Source of the DNA: Candidatus Eiseniibacteriota bacterium
Lineage (GTDB): Bacteria; Eisenbacteria; RBG-16-71-46; JABDJR01
Length of the DNA stretch: 64,000 nucleotides
Assembly (NCBI GenBank): GCA_963768615.1
Contig: CAVYIE010000005.1
Coordinates: 343,821 to 407,820, forward strand
Direction of reading: 5' to 3'
The notes below the pieces were generated by a model, which searched no databases, was not told the DNA's origin, and saw only the letters and a list, made by a program, of their open reading frames with translations. Position numbers and translations under genes: made by a program. Of this stretch, positions 1 through 8,026 are shown in pieces. Every line of letters starts with the position of its first letter. Within the stretch, counting starts at the first letter, position 1.

Positions 1-996
1 CGAAGAATCGGCATCGTCGTCGCGTTGGTGGTGATCCTGATCGTGGTCCTGGTCCTCGTCCTCCGCCCGCGCGGAAAGGGACCGGAGCACGTGGAGCTTC
101 TCTATCCCGGACTCTTCCAGGAGGCGGCGACCGGGGTGTCCCCGGACAGCCTCGGTCCGGCCTGGCCCGAGGATCCCTTCATCGAGGGGGTCCGCGGGGA
201 GTGGCGGACCCTGGGCTTCCGCGACTCCACCGTGTGCGAGGAGATGCTCCGGGAGTGGATGTACCCGGGCGGACGCTCGCCGGTGCGGCTGGTGAACGTG
301 AACCAGAGCGCCACCGGACGCGGGATCGGGCTCCGCGAACGCATGGACCTGGGGGTGAAGTTCCTGGCCCATCCCGGCTGGCGCATGGGCTCCATGCGCT
401 ACTACCCCTGCGCGGCGGCGGTGCTGAACTCGACCGAGAAGAGCGTCCTCGCCTTCCTCGCCGGGCCCCCGGCCCGGACCTTCACCGCGAACATGATGGC
501 CGGCCGGCTGGGCCTTCCCGGCGAGGCGGTGCGGGACGCGGCCTCCGGACTGGCCGGCATCGGGTGGCTGACCGCCTCCGGCCAGGGGGACTCAACCGCC
601 TACACCGTGAACGATCCCGCCATCGCGGGGAGCCCCGCGCTCCAGTACCTGGGCTACCGGCCCGCCCGGGGCCGATCCTTCGACCTGGTTTCCATCGATG
701 CCGCCTTCACCGCCCTGGGGTCCGCGCTCCGCGAGGACCAGGTCACCCTGGAGGGGCCCGACGTCTCCACCGGCCGCATGATCCAGATGGACCTGGTGGC
801 CGGGCGGCTCCGCCGCGGGCGCCCCGGCAGCGCGTGGTCGGCGGTGGTCGCCCCGCCCGGGGTCACCAACGGGCTCTTCGTGAACGAACGCGCCTTCGAG
901 GCCTGGAAGGCGGCCCATCCCGGCGAGGAAATCGCCTTCTCCGGCAACCTGGTCTCGCTCTACCACCGGCTGGTGGAAGGTACGGACGAGCGTTGA
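1..996 (+). CDS. Hypothetical membrane-anchored protein, 5'-partial (frame open to window start). N-terminal hydrophobic helix, then a soluble domain with a winged-HTH-like stretch
   Basis: ORF 25..996 is in frame with codons back to nt 1 without a stop (RRIGIVVALVV...). The Ile/Val/Leu-rich N-terminus looks like a TM helix. The segment VLAFLAGPPARTFTANMMAGRLGLPGEAVRDAASGLAGIGWL resembles a wHTH. Confidence 0.45.
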   Translation, partial: RRIGIVVALVVILIVVLVLVLRPRGKGPEHVELLYPGLFQEAATGVSPDSLGPAWPEDPFIEGVRGEWRTLGFRDSTVCEEMLREWMYPGGRSPVRLVNVNQSATGRGIGLRERMDLGVKFLAHPGWRMGSMRYYPCAAAVLNSTEKSVLAFLAGPPARTFTANMMAGRLGLPGEAVRDAASGLAGIGWLTASGQGDSTAYTVNDPAIAGSPALQYLGYRPARGRSFDLVSIDAAFTALGSALREDQVTLEGPDVSTGRMIQMDLVAGRLRRGRPGSAWSAVVAPPGVTNGLFVNERAFEAWKAAHPGEEIAFSGNLVSLYHRLVEGTDER

Positions 997-1053
997 CGGT
1001 CGGGGCGCCACCGGCCTCCCGGGGCGCCCGGCCCTCCCCTGCTTCTCCGCCCG

Positions 1054-1701
1054 CTAGTCCGAGGCCCCCGCGTAGGCGCGCTTGAGCCCGCCCCAGCTCG
1101 CCCGCTCCACCGGCACCACGTCGGCCACGGTGATCCGGAAGGCGAAGTCGGTGATGGCGTCGGCGGCCCAGGTGGTGTCGCCGTAGGCCCGGCGCCAGGA
1201 ATCCCCCTCGGCGTACCCGGCATCGTCCCCGGAGCCGGCGAGGATGACGTAGGTGCTGGCGGCCTCGGTGCTGGCCGGATCCTCCATGGAGAGCGCGTAG
1301 CTGGAACCCGCCTGGAGCCGGGGGCTGTCGCCGGCGAACGCGAAGACCACCGGATCGTAGCCGTCCACCTGGGTCATGGAGGCGGGGAAGTCCTCGCTGT
1401 AGATGGGTTCGCCGCCGGGCGTCCCGTCCTGCACCGCGTAGAGGGAGAGCCGGAGCGGATGGTCGTGGTCGCTGACGCGCCCCACCCGGAAGGTGGCCGT
1501 CTCCAGCCGGCCGGAGGCGGTGGCGACGAAGGTCTGGCAGCGTGCGTAGGAGAACGAGGTGCCGCCGAATCCGGCGTAGGCGTTGAGCGGGGCGTCGAGA
1601 CCCCACTCCGCGGCGGTGCCGGAGGCGGTGGCGGGGGCGGCGGGAACGAGACCGGCGGCCAGAACGGCGGCCGCGGCGGCGAGCAGGGTGAGGGATCGCA
1701 T
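1054..1701 (-). CDS. Secreted hypothetical protein (216 aa) with cleavable signal peptide and a conserved C-terminal tag ...VADVVPVERASWGGLKRAY
   Basis: Internal ATG at 1701 gives MRSLTLLAAAAAVLAAGLVPAAPATASG (signal peptide). The long upstream extension in the ORF track is Pro/Gly/Arg-rich junk. The C-terminus matches that of the CDS at 11294..12262. Confidence 0.6.
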   Translation of the reverse strand: MRSLTLLAAAAAVLAAGLVPAAPATASGTAAEWGLDAPLNAYAGFGGTSFSYARCQTFVATASGRLETATFRVGRVSDHDHPLRLSLYAVQDGTPGGEPIYSEDFPASMTQVDGYDPVVFAFAGDSPRLQAGSSYALSMEDPASTEAASTYVILAGSGDDAGYAEGDSWRRAYGDTTWAADAITDFAFRITVADVVPVERASWGGLKRAYAGASD

Positions 1702-2440
1702 GAGGGTCTCCTTCAGTCGAGTGGGTGGGGGAGAACGGTCGTCCGTCCACCCGCAATGCGGGAAATCCGGGGGGGATGCGCAGTCCCGGGACCGAGGTTC
1801 GTCCGAGGGCGGCCCTGGGGCAGGTTCCCCGCATCCTGGCTGAAATCCACCACGATGGCAACCCGTTGTGCGGTGGGTGCTTGTGGCGACAGACACCCCG
1901 GGGTGGGGTTCCTTCCCCGGGGACCTGCGGTGCTTTCCCCCGGGAGGGCCGCCGTGCGGGCCGAAGCGGCACCACGCCCCCTGGAATCGCAACCCATTGT
2001 GGGGAGATGATTTGCCCCCCGGGCTCGCCCGTCCGCCCCCGAATGGCACGCCTCCTGCTCTCTCTGATGAGCGTACGCCCTCGCAAGGGGATGCGCCGAG
2101 ACCCGGCGCAGCGGAATCGCCCGCCGGAGTGAGACGTGGAGCCGGCCCTCTCCAGTCCCCCTCCTCCTCCTCGCAAGGTTTCGCGTTTCGCGACGGCGGG
2201 CGGTCCCTTCCCCGCGAGCGGCGACCCGGCTTGGCGGCCGGAAACTGAGACTCCGTGTTCCCCTGACAGCGCCCCTAGGTCCCTTTTTCGGCCGCCAGTT
2301 CTTCGAGAGAGCCCGTCCGTTGCAGCGCGGGGTCCGAACCGGGCCCGGGTGGTCCTCCTCCCCACCCGGGCCCTCTCCTTGCCCCCGGCACGCCCTCCCG
2401 CTCTTGGCCATCCGCCCCGGGGCCTTCCCGGTGTTGTACC

Positions 2441-2545
2441 CGGGTGCGCATTCTTCTTGGTCCACGGCCTTGGATTTCTCTGGATCGGCGGGCGTTCCCC
2501 GTGGAACAACCCTGTGTTCGACTTGGCGCCCGATACGGCCGGTGT
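2441..2545. repeat. Copy 1 of a ~105-bp element containing a GTACCCGGGTGCGC palindromic core and TTGGATTTCTCTGGATCGGCGGGCGTTCC
   Basis: Near-identical second copy at 2786..2890 (about 85% identity by eye). It shares its CCCGGG-centred palindrome with the repeats at 52.3-52.6 kb and a site at 19911. Confidence 0.6.
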
Positions 2546-2585
2546 TTTCGTGCGGTCGCAGCCCTCCCCGCGAACGACGAGGCAA

Positions 2586-2700
2586 TCTGGCCGGCGGCGG
2601 GCCGAAGCGCCGAAGGCGCGAGGGGGCCCCGCGCCGGCCAGAGCGAGCCGGTAGAACGATCCGGCGGATCGTTCCGGCGAGCGCTGCCGAGGAATCGCGG
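2586..2700. repeat. Single reverse-complement copy of the 97-bp tandem-repeat unit found at 51765..52185, including the unit's 3' junction sequence
   Basis: cgcgagggggccccgcgccggccagagcgagccggtagaacgatccggcggatcgttccggcgagcgctgccgaggaatcgcggggcgg is the reverse complement of ccgccccgcgattcctcggcagcgctcgccggaacgatcccccggatcgttctaccggctcgctctggccggcgcgggtccccctcgcg with 2-3 mismatches. Upstream, ggcgggccgaagcgccgaaggcgcg is the reverse complement of the array terminus cgcgccttcggcgcttcggcccgcc. Confidence 0.7.
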
Positions 2701-2785
2701 GGCGGAACGGCCCCGCGAGCGGATCGCGGGCCCGCGATACACAGTGCGAGCGAAGCCCGCGGAGCGGGCCGCGACGGTGCACCGG

Positions 2786-2890
2786 GTTACCCGGGTGCGC
2801 GTTTTTCTTGGCCCCTGACCTTGGATTTCTTTGGATCGGCGGGCGTTCCCTGGGGAGCAGCCCTGAGTTCGAGATGGCGCCCGGCGCCCA
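2786..2890. repeat. Copy 2 of the ~105-bp GTTACCCGGGTGCGC element
   Basis: See 2441..2545. The two copies flank the inverted 97-bp unit. Confidence 0.6.
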
Positions 2891-2913
2891 TCGGCAAGGC
2901 CGCAGCCGCCCCG

Positions 2914-3552
2914 TCAGTCGTCCTCGTCCTCGCCCCGCACCGCTTCCACCCCCTCCCGGACGATGAGCGGCAGCATGACCAGGGCCGCGGCCGGGTCCGC
3001 CCACCACCACCCCCTCCAGGCGTTGAGGGCGAGGCCGGCCAGCAGCGTCCAGGAGAGCCAGCTGCAGACCAGGGTCTCGGTCCCGTCGGCGTAGAGGGAG
3101 CGGCTCCCGAGGCGCCGCGCGGTGCGGCGCTTGGCCAGGCCCAGGACCGGCATCAGCACCGCCGAGAGCGCAGCCACCACGAGCCCCACCACGCTCTCCG
3201 CCGGGGCCTCGTGGACGGCGAGCTTTCGCACCCCCTCGTAGAGCACGTACGCGCTCAGGGCGAGAAGGGTCACCCCCACGATCCACTCCGCCCGGCGCTC
3301 GCTCATGAAGTGGGCGTCGGCGTCGTGCCCCCGGTACTCCTCGTAGAGGCGGAGGAACACCACCACCGAGGCCAGGGTCTCGATCCCGCTGTCCAGACCG
3401 AACCCCACCAGGGCCACGCTGCCGGCGTGGATCCCCGCCACCACCGAGATCACGCCTTCCAGCACGTTGTAGACCGCGGTGGATCCGACCAGGGCGAGCC
3501 CCAGGCGCAGGAGATGACGGCGTCGGGGCTGTCCGGGAGCCTCTGGGGCCAT
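2914..3552 (-). CDS. Cation diffusion facilitator (CDF)-like membrane protein, transmembrane domain only (no C-terminal cytoplasmic domain)
   Basis: 212 aa; six predicted TM segments. Motifs align to the CDF TMD (ALVGFGLDSGIE ~ ALVDSLVDIGAS; HFMSERRAEW ~ HSFGHGKAES; YADGTETL ~ HYQSDVMM), recalled from E. coli FieF. Confidence 0.55.
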   Translation of the reverse strand: MAPEAPGQPRRRHLLRLGLALVGSTAVYNVLEGVISVVAGIHAGSVALVGFGLDSGIETLASVVVFLRLYEEYRGHDADAHFMSERRAEWIVGVTLLALSAYVLYEGVRKLAVHEAPAESVVGLVVAALSAVLMPVLGLAKRRTARRLGSRSLYADGTETLVCSWLSWTLLAGLALNAWRGWWWADPAAALVMLPLIVREGVEAVRGEDEDD

Positions 3553-3717
3553 GGGGGGTCCTTTCCCGAGCGCGCCGCGGCCGGGAGCGGCGCGGGCGAG
3601 GGTTCAGCTTAACAGGCCGGCCCCGGTTGCCCCGGTGATCCGCGGCCCCTAGGATGGAAGAAGCAGGACTCGGCCCCGTCCATCACAAGCAATCAACTCC
3701 CGGATGGAGAGATCATC

Positions 3718-4611
3718 ATGAAGGTGTTCCTGACCGGAGCCAGCGGCTACCTGGGAAGCGCGGTGGTTCATGAGCTCACCCGCGCCGGTCACGAGGTGTC
3801 CGGTCTCGCCCGCTCCACGGCCTCGGCCGACGCGCTCCGCCGCCTGGGCGGACGCCCGGTGGAAGGGAACCTGCGCTCCCCGGAGACCTGGAAGCCGGCG
3901 CTGTCCGGCGCGGACGCGGTGGTCCACCTCGCCGCCGACCACGAGGGCGACACCGCCGCCCTGGACCGCGGGGTGGTGGACCTGGTCCTGGCCGCGGGCC
4001 GGACCGGCGACCGTCCCCGGAGCTTCGTCTACACCTCCGGCTGCTGGATCCTCGGCGATACCGGCGACGCCCCTGCGGCCGAGGACCGGCCGGTGAACCC
4101 TGCCGCCATCTCGGCCTGGCGGGCCCCGCACGAGCGCCTGGTCCTGGAGGGTGCCCGGGAGGGGTTCGCCACCGCGGTGATCCGGCCCGGCATGGTGTAC
4201 GGGGGGAAGCGAGGCCTGGTGGCGCCCCTCTACGGCCAGGCGGAGGCCGAGGGCGCGGTGAGCATCGTGGGCGACGGCGCCAACCGCTGGTCCATGGTCC
4301 ACCGCGACGACCTGGCCATGCTCTACCGGCTCCTGATCGAGAAACCCGGGCGCGGCGTGTTCCACGGAGTGGAGGACGAGCCGATCGTCGTCGGGGAGCT
4401 GGCCCGGCTGATCAGCGAGGCCGCCGGAGCCGGGGGCGCGGTGCGCCGCATTCCCCTGGAGTCGGCCCGGGAGCGGATGGGCCCGGTGGCCGACGCCCTG
4501 GCCCTGGACCAGTTCCTGATCGCCCCGGCCTCCCGGGAGCTGGGCTGGTCCCCTGCCCACGGCACCTTCGCGGAGAGCGTGAGCTCCGCCTACCGGGAAT
4601 TCAAGTCCTGA
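3718..4611 (+). CDS. NAD(P)-binding NmrA-like / atypical SDR epimerase-dehydratase family protein
   Basis: MKVFLTGASGYLGSAVVHEL Rossmann motif (TGxxGxxG). GGAGAGA RBS 8 nt upstream of ATG. Confidence 0.8.
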   Translation: MKVFLTGASGYLGSAVVHELTRAGHEVSGLARSTASADALRRLGGRPVEGNLRSPETWKPALSGADAVVHLAADHEGDTAALDRGVVDLVLAAGRTGDRPRSFVYTSGCWILGDTGDAPAAEDRPVNPAAISAWRAPHERLVLEGAREGFATAVIRPGMVYGGKRGLVAPLYGQAEAEGAVSIVGDGANRWSMVHRDDLAMLYRLLIEKPGRGVFHGVEDEPIVVGELARLISEAAGAGGAVRRIPLESARERMGPVADALALDQFLIAPASRELGWSPAHGTFAESVSSAYREFKS

Positions 4612-4659
4612 CCCGGTAACAAATTACGACCCCGGGATCCGCCGCTTCAATCTTGCCGC

Positions 4660-4740
4660 TTGACCGCCCTACCGCCCGCGGGTAATCTTTTGAACCGTTG
4701 TTCAGATTTTGAATGGTTATTCAAAGGAGTCTCTTTGTCC
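4660..4740 (+). promoter_or_regulatory. Putative sigma70-type promoter (TTGACC-18-TAATCT) followed by two adjacent palindromic operators, TGAACcgttGTTCA (4691-4704) and TTGAATggttATTCAA (4709-4724), immediately upstream of the TetR gene
   Basis: Perfect inverted repeats read directly from the sequence. This is the usual place for a TetR autoregulatory operator. Confidence 0.5.
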
Positions 4741-5397
4741 TCTGATTCCGCCGCCTCCCGCCGCGCCTCGCGCCGTACCGCGGCCCGGAAGAGCCAGCGC
4801 CGGGAGATCCTGGCCGCGGCGCTGGCCCTCTTCGCACGGAACGGATACGAGCGGACCTCGGTCCACGAGGTGGCGAAGCGGGCCGGGTTCAGCGTGGGCC
4901 ATCTCTACAACCTGATCGGCAACAAGCGCGCGCTCTACGATGCGGTGCTGATCCAGGAGGGAGAGGCGCTGCTGGAGGTGGTCCAGCGGGCGACGGCCCC
5001 CGCCGTGGGGCGGGGCCTCGACCGGGCCGACCGGATGATCGACGCCGTGCTCGACTTCTTCGCCGGGCACCGCGACTTCTTCCAGATCTTCCTGAACGAG
5101 ACCGGCGGCGTGCCCGAGACCGCCAACGCGCGGTTCAGCGAGGAGAGCCTCCGGCTGAAGCAGGCCATCGACGAGACCGCCCGCGCCGTGTTCGTCGACG
5201 GCGTGGCCGACGGCAGCTTCGTGGCCGTCGACCCGGACGAGATCCACGGCGTGGTCGGCAACGTGGTCAACGGATTCGTGGTCCGCTGGGTCCTGGCCGG
5301 CGGTCCTGGAGACCTTCGGGACAAGGCGGCGCTCATCCGGCGGATCCTCTGGCGGGGCATCGCCGACGACGACGCATCGAGGAGAAACGCTCAGTGA
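4735..5397 (+). CDS. TetR/AcrR family transcriptional regulator (likely repressor of the downstream RND efflux operon)
   Basis: HTH segment ILAAALALFARNGYERTSVHEVAKRAGFSVGHLYNLIGNKRALY. The tracked ORF start at 4660 coincides with the promoter/operators, so the TTG at 4735 (AAGGAG RBS at 4724-4729) is the more likely start. The stop overlaps the next gene (GTGA). Confidence 0.8.
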   Translation: MSSDSAASRRASRRTAARKSQRREILAAALALFARNGYERTSVHEVAKRAGFSVGHLYNLIGNKRALYDAVLIQEGEALLEVVQRATAPAVGRGLDRADRMIDAVLDFFAGHRDFFQIFLNETGGVPETANARFSEESLRLKQAIDETARAVFVDGVADGSFVAVDPDEIHGVVGNVVNGFVVRWVLAGGPGDLRDKAALIRRILWRGIADDDASRRNAQ

Positions 5398-6824
5398 AAG
5401 CACTCACCTTCCGCCCACCCCGGCGCCCGAGGATCCGGATCCCCGGCCTGCTCGCGCTCCTGGCCCCGATCCTCCTGGCCGCCGGCACCGCCGGCCCTGC
5501 CGGGGCTGCCGGAGCCGCCCCGGGAGACACCGCGGCGGCGGACACCCTGTATCTCTCCGTGGACGGCGCGGTGGACCTGGCCCTGAACCAGGGGGAGGCG
5601 GCCCAGCTCGCGCGCGAGGACGTGCGCATCGCCGAGGCCCAGAAGGGGGTGGTGCTGGCCAACGCCCTTCCCAAGCTGGATTTCAACGCCTCCTACAACC
5701 GCAATCTGAAGAAGCCGGTGATCTTCTTCCCCGACTCCACCGGCGGCTCCCAGTCCATCACCATCGGCGAGGACAACGCCTACCAGGCCACGCTGTCCCT
5801 CCGCCAGCCGCTCTACAGCTCCGGCCGGGTGGGAGCGGCCTACAGCGCCTCCAAGCAGCGGGCCCGGGCGGCGGCTCTGTCCGGCGACGCCGCCGCCTCG
5901 GACATCGCCATGCAGGTGAAGCAGGCCTACTACCAGGCCCTGCTCGCCCGGGCGCAGGTGAGGATCGCCCGGCAGTCCCTGGATCAGGCCCAGCGGCGGC
6001 AGGACGAGATCCAGGCCAAGGTGGACAAGGGGGTGACGGCGCGGTTCGACCTCCTGCGGGCCCAGGTAGAGGTGGCCAACCGGAAGCCGGCCCTGACCCG
6101 GGCCCGGAACGGGGCCGCGGTGGCCCTGGAGGCGCTGAAGCGGGCGGCGGGGCTCCCCCTGGATCGCGGGGTGGCCCTCACCGACACCCTCGGCTACCAG
6201 CCCATGCCGCTTACCCGGGAGGCGGCGGTGGAGGAGGCCCTCGACCACCGGCGTTCCCTGGAGGCGGCCAAGCTCCAGGCCGAGGCGGCCCGGAACCAGC
6301 TGAAGGCCCAGTCGGCCAACGACCTTCCCCTCCTCTACCTGGACGGCAACTACACCTGGCAGGGCCAGACCTCGGACGGGCTCATCCCCGGGAACAAGGA
6401 GACCGCCCAGAGCGCCGCGGTGGGACTGACCCTGACCTGGCCCATCGTGGACGGCTGGGAGAACAGGGCCCGCACCAGGCAGGCGGCGGCCCAGGCCGAG
6501 ATCGCCCGGTTGAACCTGAGACAGCTGGAGGAGGGGATCCGCCTCCAGACGCGGAGCGCCTGGGCCGACGTGCGCTCCATCGCCGAGGAGATCCAGGGGG
6601 TGGAGGAGTCGGTGCGGCTGGCCCGGGAGGCCTATCGGATCGCCGAGGTGCGCTACGACAGCGGCCTCTCCACCCAGCTCGAGCTCCTGGACGCCGAGCT
6701 GGCCCTGACCCAGGCCCGGGTGAACCGGAGCGAGACCCTGTACCGGTACCAGACCGCCCTGGCCCAGCTGGAGAACGTGATGGGACGCGGTCCGGCCCTG
6801 AATGCGACCGGAGGTGAGCGATGA
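5394..6824 (+). CDS. Outer membrane efflux protein (TolC/OMF family)
   Basis: 476 aa, signal peptide. OMF-family outer-membrane efflux channel signature. Translationally coupled to TetR upstream and the MFP downstream. Confidence 0.85.
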   Translation: MKALTFRPPRRPRIRIPGLLALLAPILLAAGTAGPAGAAGAAPGDTAAADTLYLSVDGAVDLALNQGEAAQLAREDVRIAEAQKGVVLANALPKLDFNASYNRNLKKPVIFFPDSTGGSQSITIGEDNAYQATLSLRQPLYSSGRVGAAYSASKQRARAAALSGDAAASDIAMQVKQAYYQALLARAQVRIARQSLDQAQRRQDEIQAKVDKGVTARFDLLRAQVEVANRKPALTRARNGAAVALEALKRAAGLPLDRGVALTDTLGYQPMPLTREAAVEEALDHRRSLEAAKLQAEAARNQLKAQSANDLPLLYLDGNYTWQGQTSDGLIPGNKETAQSAAVGLTLTWPIVDGWENRARTRQAAAQAEIARLNLRQLEEGIRLQTRSAWADVRSIAEEIQGVEESVRLAREAYRIAEVRYDSGLSTQLELLDAELALTQARVNRSETLYRYQTALAQLENVMGRGPALNATGGER

Positions 6825-8026
6825 AGAAGGTGTGGATCGGCGCGGCGGTGGTGGTCCTCGCGGTCCTGGTGTTCCTCCGCATCCAGGCCCGGAGCGAGAA
6901 GGCCCCGGCCCGGGGGATCGAGGAGATCCAGGCCGAGCAGGGGGTGCCGGTGGACGCGGTCACCCTGGCCCGCGACACCCTGGTGGTGACCCGGCAGGTG
7001 GCGGGCAACGTGGAGGGCCGGCGCCAGACCGACGTCAGCGCCGCCGGCGACCGCAAGGTGGACAAGGTCTTCGTGCGGGAGGGCCAACGGGTGGGCCGGG
7101 GGGACCGGCTCATCTCCTACGACATCCGTACCGCCCCCGACGCGGTGGCCCGGCTCCAGCAGAGCCAGGCCGCCTACGACAACGCCCAGCGCCAGGTGAA
7201 CCGGCTCCAGCCCCTCTACGAGCAGGGGGCGATCAGCGAGGCCGATCTGGACAACGCCAGGACCCAGCTCGAGGTGGCCCGGGCCAACCTGCGCGACGCC
7301 CGGCTCCAGGTGGAGGAAGTCTCGCCCATCGACGGCGTGGTCACCCTGGTCGCGGTCACCCCCGGGGAGTCCGTGACCGGAGGCCAGACCGTGGCCCAGG
7401 TGGCCACCCTGGACTCGGTGCGCGTGTCCGCCGAGGTCGCCGCGGATGCGGTGGCCCAGCTGCACACGGGGGCGAAGGTGCGGGTGGTTCCGGGCTCGTC
7501 CTCCGGCACCGAGGTGGAGCACCCCGCGGCCGGCGGCCCCGGGAACCCCGGCTACGAGGGCCGGTTGACCCGGGTCTCCCTGGGCGCCGACCCCGGCACC
7601 CGGCTCTACGAGGTGGAGGCGGTGCTGGCCAACCGGGACCGGAGCTTCCTGCCCGGCCAGTTCGTGACCTTGGCCGTGGTGACCCGGCGGATCGACGACG
7701 CCCTCAGCGTGCCCAGGATCGCCTTCCTCGGCGAGCAGGAGGTGGTGCCGGGGGCGGAGCAGGAGGTGTTCACGGTGGCCGACGGCACCGCCCATCGCCG
7801 CAAGGTCACCCTGGGCGCGGTCAACGAGGACCGGGCCCAGGTCACGGACGGCCTCCAGGCCGGCGACGTGGTGGTGGTGTTCGGGGCCAACCGGCTCCGG
7901 GAGGGGGACAAGGTGCGGTTCCACCGGCTGGACGGGAAGATGATGGAGGCCCCGGCGGCGTCCGGCGCGCCGGCCTCGGGACCCGGATCCCCCCAGGGGA
8001 CCGGTGAAGCGGGGGCCGGCCGGTGA
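6821..8026 (+). CDS. RND efflux membrane fusion protein (HlyD/AcrA family periplasmic adaptor)
   Basis: 401 aa. N-terminal TM/signal. Coiled-coil region (RLQQSQAAYDNAQRQVNRLQPLYEQGAISEADLDNARTQLEVARANL) typical of periplasmic adaptors. 4-nt overlaps on both sides. Confidence 0.85.
   Translation: MKKVWIGAAVVVLAVLVFLRIQARSEKAPARGIEEIQAEQGVPVDAVTLARDTLVVTRQVAGNVEGRRQTDVSAAGDRKVDKVFVREGQRVGRGDRLISYDIRTAPDAVARLQQSQAAYDNAQRQVNRLQPLYEQGAISEADLDNARTQLEVARANLRDARLQVEEVSPIDGVVTLVAVTPGESVTGGQTVAQVATLDSVRVSAEVAADAVAQLHTGAKVRVVPGSSSGTEVEHPAAGGPGNPGYEGRLTRVSLGADPGTRLYEVEAVLANRDRSFLPGQFVTLAVVTRRIDDALSVPRIAFLGEQEVVPGAEQEVFTVADGTAHRRKVTLGAVNEDRAQVTDGLQAGDVVVVFGANRLREGDKVRFHRLDGKMMEAPAASGAPASGPGSPQGTGEAGAGR

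Noticed and set aside
2058-2100. Hammerhead-ribozyme-like CUGAUGAG core (ctctctgatgagcgtacgccctcgcaaggggatgcgccgagac)
   Set aside because: The obligatory GAAAC strand after stem II is absent (CGAGAC instead). Stems I and III cannot be drawn. Most likely a chance 8-mer in GC-rich DNA.
863-3286. 807-aa minus-strand ORF in the six-frame track (also 7606..11412 1268 aa, 1713..2585, 3649..4560, 5391..6248, 12405..14102, 26845..28389 and the like)
   Set aside because: These lie antisense to, or out of frame with, well-supported genes or over repeats. Their translations are Arg/Pro/Gly-rich low-complexity strings typical of stop-codon-poor alternative frames in 70%-GC DNA. No RBS or recognisable motifs.
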